DNA from: Botryllus schlosseri
Lineage: Eukaryota
DNA length: 64,000 bases
Direction: 5' to 3'
NCBI GenBank assembly: GCA_051294905.1
Contig: CM119371.1
Location: 24,988,001-25,052,000, forward strand
This document shows, piece by piece, positions 36,175 to 48,000 of the stretch; the first letter of the stretch is position 1, and the number at the start of each line of letters is the position of its first letter. Below the pieces are notes generated by a model. It ran no database searches, was not told where the DNA came from, and saw nothing but the letters and a program-made list of their open reading frames with translations. The translations under genes were made by a program, and so were the position numbers.

Positions 36175-37090
36175 CAGAGGTGGGCAAACTTTTGGGCTCG
36201 CGGGCCGCATTCAACTTTTAAATATATTCGCGGGCCGCACTATATTAAATTGATATTATTAGCCAAAACGCAATATTGTTATTTCATCGTATAGCAGTGG
36301 TTCTTAAACGTTATGATACACGCCCCCTTTATGATAGTCAAAAATTTCGCGACCCCTTGATCGTGATATCACAAAATATCCAAGAGAGAAATCAGAATCC
36401 TCACGAGTAGTTTGATGGCATTGAAGGTTATGGCTGCAGACGAGAGAAATATCAAATATGAAATATGAACAATAGACAGAGCAACAACCATGAAGTGGAG
36501 CACCAGTTTACTGCGGCTTCGCGACACCTTTAAGATGCTTCCACGCCCCCTAATTTGAAAACCATTGTTTATATATAGTGACCGAAGAAATATTAAGATA
36601 GCATATAAGTGGATCGTCCTCATCAGTAACAAGTTTGTAAAGTAAAACACTCGTGGGCCGAGCATTCAACATTTAAATCCATTCGCCTGCCCCACTAGTT
36701 AAAATTGAGATTATAAACCAAAACGCAATATTGACAGCGTCATAACCATGTTAGCTTGAAATATGTTATATATAGATTTTATAACTATAAATACTTCTGC
36801 ACATGCAGTGAACGAATCTACCTACCTCACGCACGAATCGGTTTTCCAAGTACAGCAGTAAAACTAATAGACTTGCCGGAGATGGCCAATGTAAAATTAC
36901 ACTCGCGATCCAACAGTCATACCCATTTCGACTTTATGTAATGTTTAGCAATTGAAACCCTTTCAAATGCGTGGGCCTTGAGCTCACATTTTTTCAATAT
37001 TTGAAATTCGTTTCTCGAGCCTTTCGCGGGCCGCACAAAACGGTGTGACGGGCCGCATGCGGCCCGCGGGCCGTAATTTGCCCACCCCTG
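36175..37090. mobile_element. hAT (Buster-like) MITE, GCGGGCCGC family
   Basis: TIRs CAGAGGTGGGCAAA / TTTGCCCACCCCTG; TSD atatagtt/atctagtt. Relatives at 43677-44817 and 49175-49990. Confidence 0.8.
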
Positions 37091-37689
37091 ATCTAGTTAA
37101 TGAGGGCGAAATATTAAAAAAATTGAATATATTGTTCCGATCGCACTACTGTAGTAATTTTGCACTATTTGTGAGTAAGTATGTGTGCAAAATCCACATG
37201 TTAGCCTAATAGTTCAGTGGTTTCCAACGTATTTGCATTCATTCCCCACTTCAGGTTTATTCCTAGTGTTCATTCCCACTGCCCCACTTCTGTCATTAAG
37301 GAGAAGCCATTTCCTTGTTTTGAGTACACAAGACACACAACCACACCAGCACGTAATACAATCGCCTACAACTGCAACATAAAACTATTGTGAACCGATA
37401 CCGGTAACGTTCAAAATGTAGCGAATGCGTTATTTCACGTCATACTCGTCGTGCTGGATGCGTTTGTGACGCCACCATTGGTTATCCGGAGGTAAAATGA
37501 GTTTTGAGTCTGAGCAACACGCAATATAATTTTCGATACACATTCCAGAGCTGTTAACAGAAAACGGTAATTTCGCATGTGCTACGTAAATGTAGACTAT
37601 CCTGTATATAGTGTTTAACAAATGGGTGTATTACCCACCAGAAACCATTGAATTCCCGACTGGTTGGGAACCCCTGGCCTAGTTACAAG

Positions 37690-39314
37690 CAGTGGCGTAG
37701 CAGCATGTGCTGCCGCCCGTGGCTTTCGTTGAAAATGCCGCCCCCCTGAAAAAATTTCGGCATAGTTTCTTGTTCAAGCAATCTTTTCAATAAAAATAAT
37801 TACAAATAGTATGCCGCGTCTCAGAAGTTTCATATTTCTTGAGAAAGAAGCCTCCCGTCTCAGAAGCCTCCCGTCTCAGCGTTTACCAGGCCCCAAATAA
37901 CAAAGACGATAAATTGTGAACGAATGTATTAGGCCGGGGGCGGCCAATCCGTCGCTCGCAAACCTGTCAGTTCGTTAGCTGATATAATCAAGATATACCA
38001 TGCGAAATCTTGTCTCCCAAATACGCATAGAGCACCGTCAAATTCAAAACATATCATCCTCATCATCATTGGTTTATTAGCAATTTTATCAGTTCAATAC
38101 ACCACAGAATGCTATACAATGAAAAGATAGGAAGGTGTCGAAGCGACTTGGAGTAGTCTATGGAGTCTGACACCCACCTTGGCCTAGGGCTAGGCGATGT
38201 TAAGAGGAGGCATGCACACTGACTGAAAAGTAAAGAAGATAGCATAGAATCAATAGCGAGTTTTGTGTAAAATCGGCCATACGTATTGCGTAGTTTAGTT
38301 TCAGTTTCACGCACACCTATACATGGTCGATTTGAATAAGGCAATTACTACCTTAATCATTGATTGACAAACTTGAAACTTGGCAAAATGTTCGATGATA
38401 TCGTCAAGATATACCCTACCAAATCATATGACTCATCCCGGTATAAAACATCGTCAAAATCAACATATACCGATACCGGCGCTCGCGTTGAATCACTGTT
38501 TCAGACGGATCGGCAATAACATACTTGACTTCGATAACGAAATTACTGCCCTCATTATAAAGTGAAGACGTTGAAACTAGGCACAGTCTTAGATAACATC
38601 ATCAGGACATACCATACAAAATCTTGTCACCCATCTCGATATGAAACATCGTCAAAATCTACATATACCAATACCTGCTTTTGCACTGAATCAGTACCGA
38701 AATCGGATCGAAAATAACAATCTCGACTACCCAAGTGAAGCTTGAAGGAGAGAATTTTTTTCTGTGTCCACTCCACCTTCGAGTACACGCTGCTTAGACG
38801 GCTATTACGGGGTCGTTTCGTTGACCGAAGCAGCTTTTAAATTGTATTTCCGGATTCAGGGCGTCAATAATAGCTTTCGATTAAAAACAGTATTGTTAAA
38901 TTGGAGTTAGCTGCAGCAATTGACAGATTTAAGAGGCTGGTGCGGTCTAAATCTGAAGATCGGCATTGTTCCGAATATTTGCTCCATACAATTTCCAATA
39001 TAATGGTCAATTGGTCATTGTGTGGCAGCGCTCCGATTGTTCGGAAAAGTCGGTTTTGATGGCTATTTCGGAGTGGTTCCGTTGCCATGCTCACATTTTA
39101 ATTTGTGTGTTTCGGAATTAGTGCGACACTAGCTTTCGATTGAAACCAGTTGAATAAATTCGAGCTCTCGGGTCGCAAGCTTTAGGAATACCAACTATAC
39201 GCTGCTTTTAGCCCGCTGTGTACACTGTGCACAGTGCAGCCTCATTTGTCCGCCCACTTGGAGCCTGCGCCCCTGGCCTAGAGCCATACCCGCCAAGTGG
39301 CTGCTACGCTACTG
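37690..39314. mobile_element. Non-autonomous hAT element carrying a LINE 3' fragment and an internal tandem duplication
   Basis: TIRs CAGTGGCGTAGCAGC / GCTGCTACGCTACTG; perfect TSD GTTACAAG. Internal ~200-bp-period repeat at 38400-38730. Confidence 0.85.
38053..38250 (-). mobile_element. 3' UTR fragment of the same LINE family as 34248-34990
   Basis: Closely similar to 34255-34445 (catcattggtttattagc...cacccacctt...gaggaggcatgcacactga). Confidence 0.8.
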
Positions 39315-39942
39315 GTTACAAGGGCTAGGCGAAATCGAGTGACAAACTGATACGACTCCTGGTCAAGTCCTCAGCTTCGGGCGGAGATAAGTCTTCGAGT
39401 ACAATTCAGTAGGACATCATTTGTAGTAATAATGAATTGCACACAGTTCAAATTTGTACTTTTCAGTCACTCAGAATGAAAATAACACTGTAATTCTACG
39501 ATTAATACCAACATTTTTGTATTTGTCAACCATACCTATAGCGTCAGCGCATCGTAACAATGTCACTACAAAAAAGTGGTTTCAATGAACATGGGTATAT
39601 ATCGTCAAGGTGAACCCATAGTGTCCTACATGGTGTGGACACAATCAAATCTCCCGGCTCACTGCGATTGGTCTACGTCACACTCTCGATTTGGCCGAAG
39701 GCAGTTTTACGGTAATTTCTGACCGACTTGCCGAGCGCGAGAATTGACAAAATTGGTATCAATCGAAACCTACCGCGGTACTTACTGATTGCGAAAAGAA
39801 AAATTTCATTCAGCTCGTTGTCCAGGAAACCCCTAAATGAGCCTCAAATGTTGCATTGTAACGGAGTTCGGCACTGTGACGCAACAATGCCGTCTGGAAT
39901 AATACGCTGCAGCTGTGGAACAAGTCTGCACGAGCGTGAGAG

Positions 39943-40558
39943 CATAGTGTCCTATATGGTGTCGACACAAGCAAATCGCACGGTTCAATGAAATTGTATC
40001 ACGTCACAGTTTCCATTTGGCTACAGGCAATTTGACGGTGATTTTTGACCGACTTGCCGAGCATCAAATTTGATAAAACGGGTATCAATCGAAAGCTGCC
40101 GCCGTACTGATTACGAAAATATAAATTTTATTCCGCTCGCGGCCCTGGAATCCCCACAATCAGCCTCTAATTTTTCATTGTTATGGAGATTGGCATTGGG
40201 ACGCAACAATGCTGTCTAGCGAAACGAGACAGGTGCTCGAGAAAAAGGGAGCCAGACAGTATTGTTGCGTCTGTCGTTTCGCCAGACAGCATTGTTGCGT
40301 CCCAATGCCAATCTCCATAACAATGAAAAATTAGAGGCTGATTGTGGGGGTTCCAGGGCCGCGAGCGGAATAAAATTTATATTTTCGTAATCAGTACGGC
40401 GGCAGCTTTCGATTGATACCCGTTTTATCAAATTTGATGCTCGGCAAGTCGGTCAAAAATCACCGTCAAATTGCCTGTAGCCAAATGGAAACTGTGACGT
40501 GATACAATTTCATTGAACCGTGCGATTTGCTTGTGTCGACACCATATAGGACACTATG
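39943..40558. mobile_element. Near-perfect palindromic foldback MITE (P/Galileo-like)
   Basis: ~285-bp inverted arms CATAGTGTCC...GGACACTATG with about 2 mismatches; 7-bp TSD GTGAGAG. Confidence 0.9.
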
Positions 40559-40582
40559 GTGAGAGTGTGAATTCTTAATCGC

Positions 40583-42617
40583 CAGGCCGATTTAATATAT
40601 CGCAATTGCCTTAATATATCGCAATGAGATATATTAAGCCTCGAAAAGTGCGATATATTAATCTGCCGTACCGCAGGCCGTGGGGCGCTTCCTAGGCCGT
40701 GAGCAGCTCCTGGCACTTGTCATTCCTTACTTAACCTGTTGAACATGCCTCCTGGACGCAAGTATCCATGTCAGAAGGCCTATACGTTGAGCGACTCGGC
40801 ATAGGCGTTGCAACTTGCAAGCCGTGAAATGTTACCCTGCGATCAGTTACGATTGGTTTCTGCGCTCAGTAAGTGTTAGGACAAAGTAAAGAACAAAGCA
40901 ATGTAATCTATGGAAGTATAAGTGCCACTGTGATTGTGGCTACGTGGCAAGAACGACACTGCGTTTACAGGACCGCATATAACAACATGCCTCCTGAACG
41001 CAGGCCTACGTTGAGCGATTCGGCATACGCGTTGCAAGGCGTGATGCCAGAGGCGTCGTTGATTCCGCTGTGTGTTCTTTCTGCCAAGTGTTTGGTCGTG
41101 AAACCCATCTAACTGATGCAGCAGTTCGGAAACGCAAGAAGACCAAGGCGTTCCAAACGTTCACGAAGGACAAGTTCAATCCAGGAAACATTCTCAAGCA
41201 TATGAAACAACAGCATCCGAATAAGTGGAAGGAGTACATTCAAGCAAGAGATAATCAGGAATAAGCGCCGGACGCTTTCAAAGAGTTCTTCTCTCAGGCT
41301 CAGCTGCAAGCGTTCTTTTTCAAGAAGGACGACGTGAACGGGAGGTTGTCATACTCCATTGACAAGTAGATTGTCGAGGTCGTCGTCAAAGAGATGTCGT
41401 TCGACTCGACCGAAGAGTCATTGGCTGGAGACATCGCGATGCGTGCGTTCACGCCGGTGAAGAACGAAGCTGGTGACCTGATATCCTACAGTGTTACCAT
41501 TCGAAACAAGGCACAATTTAACCATGTGCTTGATTGTGTTGCTGCAGCTCTCAGCTTTCGTCAGGTTGTAAACGTTGCGCGATCTGATCGAGAAAATTTG
41601 ACTGCTGCTGCTACGAAAGTGGGCACCATATCACCGGGAGAAGCCTCGAATATATCGCTTATTGCATGTGAGATTGGTTTGCAGACGCTGTCTGAAATCA
41701 TGAAAGCGTCGTGGGCACTCTCCATTGGCTTCGATGAGTCGAACAATAAGGTTTCACAGGACTCCCAACTTGATTTGAGGATTCGATTCCCATCGGTTGT
41801 TGGATTTGAAGGCAGCGCTGAAGTCACGAATGAGTTCCATCTTCTTGTCATAGCATTGTTTGCTCTCTCGCACACAGGGAAAGTTTATGTTGATCAATTT
41901 ACCAAGCTCATGGACGCTGTGTGTTGTGATTGGCGCATGAAGTTGATTGGTTCATCAACGGATGGAGCTGGAAATATGACAGTCCATACCGCAGGGTTCT
42001 CGACCCTCGTAGGGAATGAATCTTTGTGCAAGGAAGCGTATTATCGTTTGTGATGAGTTGCGCATCAGCTCGACCTCGTCACAAAGAAGGCAGTGACTAA
42101 AAAATTATGGTGTATTAACATAACTTTCTCAATAGGATCACAGATGAGCACCTTCTATTGCAAGAGGCCGTTGCCAAAGAGCTAAGATTCAAGGCTTCGT
42201 TGCTGAAGGTGGAAGACAGTGCGTCCTTCAACAAGGTATGGGCTACCGCTGGACAGCGTTTTGCATCCTTACGTCAGTTTGCTGCTGGTTTAGCAACGGT
42301 CATGCCCACCACATCTCGTGTGGAAGCAGACTTCTCCTTGATCCACTACAGCAAAGACGAGTTCAACTCTGCCCTCTCTGATTTTTCTCTTGAAGGTATC
42401 TTGTTTTGCTCGACAAAGAAAGGACCTCGATTCGTTGTTGGCGTGTTTACACGAGCAGTGCATTAAACGATATTTTTCCTTACACAACCAGTGCTTTCAA
42501 TGCTTTTGGGTTGGTTTAGATGGGGTGCGATATTTGCGATATATTATAAGGGCTCTAATCTGCGATATTTTAAGTAATATATCGCAATATCGCATTGCGA
42601 TATATTAAATCGGCCTG
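40583..42617 (+). mobile_element. hAT-like DNA transposon with decayed transposase
   Basis: Perfect 24-bp TIR CAGGCCGATTTAATATATCGCAAT; perfect 8-bp TSD TTAATCGC; subterminal ATATCGCA/TGCGATAT repeats. Confidence 0.93.
40987..42445 (+). pseudogene. hAT-like transposase pseudogene (internally deleted, nonsense and frameshift mutations)
   Basis: Zn-finger-like CSFC...H...QH; IGFDES and STDGAGNM (putative catalytic Asp); **VAHQLDL (decayed WCxxH); PTTSRVEADFS (Glu/dimerisation region). Stops at 41262, 41367, 42051 and 42054. Confidence 0.85.
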
Positions 42618-43676
42618 TTAATCGCTCGCGCAACAATGGTCAATACGATTGCGGTTTTCGCTGTTCCTCAGCTGCTCCCAGACGGCATGGTTCAGTCGCA
42701 ATACCAAACTAACGTTACAATGCAACATTGGATGCTGATTTTTTATTATTATTGGGGTTCCAGGTCCTTGGAAGGTAATGCTGAAGTAATCAAGTATTCT
42801 GGCAGGGTCATAATAGTATGCCGTTAAAATGGTTGGAGTGAAATAACCTCGGACTGAATTGAATTTGATGTTGATTTACGGTTCTGCGGCAGCTCGTTTT
42901 GTTGTAACATAGAATTAGGCATAATTGCAATTTATTATCAATGTATAAACTTCCTGCGGAGGTATACGGCACCAGAACAACGAATCGTAATGGATTGAAG
43001 ATTTAGTGGAGTTTACCTAAAATGTATGGCCTTGAAATCATTTTAAATAACGTAAGAGTCGCATCAATTGTTTGTATCATTGGTTTGAATATTCTGAAAT
43101 CGCAACTTCAGTAGGCATAGGATACAAGAGATAAGCACAGCTTGCATGAAAATTTTTGTTCTCAACTTCTCCATAGTAACCCATTAATCGAAACCAAATT
43201 AAAAACGTTTGAAGCTGGCCCAGAATCGTCCCGCAATCCAGGTTACAGTTATTCCTCACTATTGTGGAGCTAAACGCCATTACGCAAACTGATTTCGTGC
43301 ATGCGGGGATGAAACCGTGTTTCACGACGCGCGTGGAACATCAGACGGTCACAATGTTCACAAGAGTAATATGAGCTAATACCAGAGACGTAGTTGCCGC
43401 ATCCTAAACACCCCGATGGTGAGGAGCAAAATTATTTGGTTAGTCGTTTTTTTTTGCGGGGATATTTATTGAACATGAAAATTTTCTTTGCGCGTTGCGC
43501 GATTTCAGAACAATAAAGGTCTTGATTTTAGAGAAATAAGCATAACGCCGCCGGGGATCACGGATTACCGCGCATAGAGCAGGACTATGACGCTAGGCTA
43601 AGAGATGCGCCGCAGAACATTTTCAAAAAGGAAATTTACGTTTCGTTTCCCGGCAATCAACCGACAAGTTGCATAT

Positions 43677-44817
43677 CAGGGGCGAGGTAATTTTTTTTGG
43701 GCCGCATAAAAAATATGAATCTATACGCAGGTCGGACTGTAGTAAAATTTAGATTATATGTCGAAACGCAATCCTATAATTGCTTGTATAGTAAAAGAAG
43801 ACAGAAAGATAATACGGATGTATTATTGAAATAAAATATGTATTGATTTGATGATAGCGTCCGCGCGTCGGAAGAATCAATGTGGTTTTCATGCTGATCG
43901 GTTGTGCCGATTCTTATTAGAAGACGATGGAAATTTGAATCTATGAGCGGTGTCTGTTCATAGATTTGCCGATTCTAATTTTGGATGAACTTCAGGTCAC
44001 ACAATACTTACATCATCATAACCATGTCACCTATGCTTCAGCAAGTGACTTGGGTTACTATGCAAAACCTGCCTTCTTAATATTATTTTGCGTAAAAAGT
44101 CATCAACATAATTTACTATTACCTAAAACTTTTTATTAATGCGGTCGCGTTATGTAGCCGCTAATATGTTAATGAAACTGTGCCTATAATTAGAATGTAT
44201 GGTTTTACTTGAGGTTTCAAATTGTGTAAACGGATTTATATTATGAGAAATCACAAATATTGTGTTCGACGCCAAAACAGAAACTACTTTTTAGCCGATT
44301 CTGAATTGAAAGCGAATCATTCATCTACCATTTTTCACCGTCTTGATTATTTTGAACAACTCATTATAGAAGAGGTGTAACTGAAGTTATGAATGGTTGT
44401 TCCTAACTGCACAATATGCAGTGCACATATAGTGGATTAGACTACCTACCTAGCACAGCATAAATTGGATATCCAAGTTCAGCAATAATATTCATAAACT
44501 TGCTGAAGTTACCAATCTAAAACACCACACATGATCCAAATTAAATCAATTTTACATTTCAGGAATGATTACCAACAGAGCTGTTTCAAAATGCGCAGGC
44601 CATGGGGTCTGGCAGTTGCCCAAGCAGAAAAATTAAAATTAAAAAATACTTCAGAAGGACTATGCATTGGGAAAATGATTTATCATGTCGTATCAAGTTA
44701 TATTCTTAATACGCATTTTCCCAATGTTTTGTATAACGCTTTCGAGGCTTTGGTTGGCCGCAAGTACTGTTTGCTCAGGCCGCATGTGGCTCACGGACCG
44801 TAGTTCGACCAACCCTA
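43677..44817. mobile_element. Diverged hAT MITE (GGGCCGC family)
   Basis: CAGGGGCGAGGTAA...GGGCCGC start; GGCCGCATGTGGCTCACGGACCGTAGTTCGACCAACCCT end; internal similarity to 49175-49990. Confidence 0.55.
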
Positions 44818-44974
44818 AAAAAATATAATATTATCTGAGCTATCGTCGTATCTATTTTCAATATCCAATTTCAAATATTTCTCTCCATTCGCATTACCAT
44901 ACTTATATCATAAATTTGCCATATCGGGTCGATAAGGGACATCATTATTTTAATCATATATATTTTGGACGACG

Positions 44975-45029
44975 ATGACGCTAAGCCTGCTGGCTTTCGG
45001 ATTATTGGTAACCGTTGCAAGTATACAAG
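44975..45029 (+). CDS. LDLa gene first coding exon, signal peptide MTLSLLAFGLLVTVASIQ
   Basis: ATG, hydrophobic stretch, then G|gtgag donor. Confidence 0.8.
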
Positions 45030-48000
45030 GTGAGTTGTTTGTGACATTTAGAACTCAGATGTCATCAAAATGGTCAGTTTTGATACTCAATTACGTGTAA
45101 AAGTAACGCGCTTAATTTGAAAATTCCATTACAAGTGGAAGTATACCGATTGTCAAGGCATGTAAATAATAATCCATAATATGAAGAAACGTACGATTTC
45201 ACTGGTTTCAAGTAAGTAGTTTGAGAAAATAAATCGTGACTTATCGTCGTAGACTTTCCTTCGTCAATCGCCGCTGACAGTGTTCACAGTTCGTGGCAAG
45301 AGGAACAAATGATGACGGAAATATCAGAGCAGTATTACAATTTCCGCCCATTCTCGCTATACTCGGTCTGGATCGCATACTTCCTATGGGATATTATGGG
45401 ACATTCATCAGCGTGATAAAATTCGATTCAAATACTGTTCTATACGTTACAAAAAATAAATATGAAGTTATGTGAATTCGAGATATGTCGATATACAGCC
45501 GAAAGTAGTCTAACAATTTATTCACTTGCAAAATCGGATGAAGTATAGGAAATAGTCACTTAAGTGCTTACCCAGTATCTACTGATTCCTTGTATGTTTA
45601 TGTGGGCTCCGCGTAAACGAGGATACTTAGATGTTCGTTTTGTTTTAAATATAGGAGCGTTGATTGCTATAAAACTCAAACACGTTTCCTATTCCAGGGT
45701 ACGTCCTCACAGCTATAACCGTCAAATATATTAATATTCATCTCAAATATTACGATCAGAAGATGCATGATATATACAAAAAAATGTTGGTGAAAACGGA
45801 GCATGCTATAGAAGTTGCTAAATCAGGAATCCGATGTACGAATATTGGCCCGGTTTAAAATGGGCCTATATGTCGAATACAATCATAAATATCCAATTAT
45901 AACATCGTATCTTATAATCAAGAAAAGGTATGACAACCGTGACAGCATACGTTATTTTAACATAACGTATAGCAGTGGTCGGGAACCTTTTTCGACTGAA
46001 GAGCCATATTGGCCCATTTTTTAAATTGTGACCCCAAATGACGTATTGGTAGCACTCATAAATGGGAAGCGTAGTGTGCGCCATATTTTTCTGCCCACAT
46101 ATGGGTAGATGGAGCCAAACATGGTCACTACAGCAGTACATACCCACAGTTTGTCAGTGACGTGGGTTTAGGGGAGGCAAGTGAAGCAGTGCCTCATAGG
46201 ATATGGCTTATAATTTATAGTCACTGATATTATTCAAATGATCGACTCCTAAAATAGTCGGCGTAACGTAACGTTGCGTTACACACCTATAGGTTATTTT
46301 CACGGCGGCGCTAAAAAGCTACTAACCAATCAAGAAAATGGATAAGTATGGCGTTGTTTTTCATTTGAATTTGTAATTCTGAATGCCATTTCAAAGGCAT
46401 ATTATTTCTCAGTGTAGATGGGGAAGGCATATTGTATTTGAAAACTGCATTGTCCGACAAGTGTCGCCATGTCTGCTATTCTCTTTCGTCAATCAAGGTA
46501 TCGTGCAATCCACGATTTCTAGTCGCGCGATGGTTGGTGGATCGAATTCGCGAGTGGTGTTAGTAGTCGCCGCTGCGACAGTAACTTAAATTCGGGGATT
46601 TTGAAAAGTGGGCGATACGAGCCATTAACCCTAGATACCCCACTGTTTTGACCTCTCAAAGACATGTCTGCGCTGCCACGAGAATAATTATTCTCGCCGT
46701 CATGAAAACTTACTAACAAGTTTCTGCAATAATGTAAAATTGAATACAAAGGTAAAAATTTATCTAAGAGCAATATCTGATACCCAAAAGAGCCATATAT
46801 GGCTCGCGAGCTATAGGTTCCCTACCGCTGACATATAGCAATATTATTTCGGACTGACATCTCCTAAATATTTTTCACAAGCCCGAAACTGTTCGCAAAA
46901 TGAGTTTGAATGCCGAGACGAAGGTACATGCATTGAGGTTTCGGAGTTCTGCGATGGAACCAAGCATTGCAGGTAATACTCTTGATTGCAGCATTTCCGG
47001 AAGTATCCCTTTTCGTCGTGTGCACATCGTAAGTATAGGTAAGTTTTAGGGTGACAATTTGAAGGTCAAGGATACCACGAGAATGTCTTACGTATACGTA
47101 GTTTATGTACTTGAAACACAGTGACGTTGAAATTCAGCTCGTCTACCTGACATACCAATGATTTCAGATAGCAGTCTCAAATGATATTGACACTTCTTGG
47201 ATAAACGTGGGAGTAAATTTTATAGTTCTTATTCTAGCCGAGTTTCCGTGTGCATCAGTTTTAGCATTTTAGAGGTATTATATTAGATTAGAGCGATGCA
47301 GTCGCTAGCGCTACATGATGAAATTCTGAATGACATTTTAATTTAAGAATTCAACGCATTAATACTGCTACATTATAATATGGTCACCATATGGTCCTTT
47401 CTTTTGGGGATTTTCCTCCTTATTCAGGGAACCGAAAATGTCCTCCCAGGACGCCCAAATGTCCTCTCTTCTTGAAATTCATCTTCCTTCATAAATTTGA
47501 CATTTATGCTAATGAACAGGCTGAACTACAAACGCTCTAATTGACTAGAACTCTGTAATGCGGACGTTCTTGCGGTTCATTCTGGAGGACTGGAAAAATG
47601 ACTTGAGTATCGTTATAAAAATAGGGTGATTCGGTAGTCGAGTCGGATAGATTATTGACCGTTATTTTATTATAATATTTCTATTCAACAAATTTCCCAT
47701 ATTAGAATCTGCAGTTTCTAGTCCGGTATTCTCACCTTATGAATTGTAAAAATTGTCCTATCTTCCGAATTCCAAGATATGGTAACCTTTCATTATGCAA
47801 TATTGTAAGCTATGAATTGCAAAATTGTTACTACGAAATTGGAATATATGAATGCTTGTTGACACGTCTCATGGTGTCAAGTTGATTAGTAACTATTCCA
47901 AGTCATTTTAAAGAGGCTATCACGTAGCCATTCCCACTAAATATCGTTTTTTCCGCTACTTCTGAAACCAGAGCTATTTTAGAAAGTAAACGATTTTTGG

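Larger units (their letters stand above)
39617..42765. mobile_element. Older long-TIR (CATAGTGTCC family) element interrupted by two insertions
   Basis: Left arm 39617-39925 is a diverged homolog of 39943-40227. A partial inverted arm lies at 42655-42765. Confidence 0.6.
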
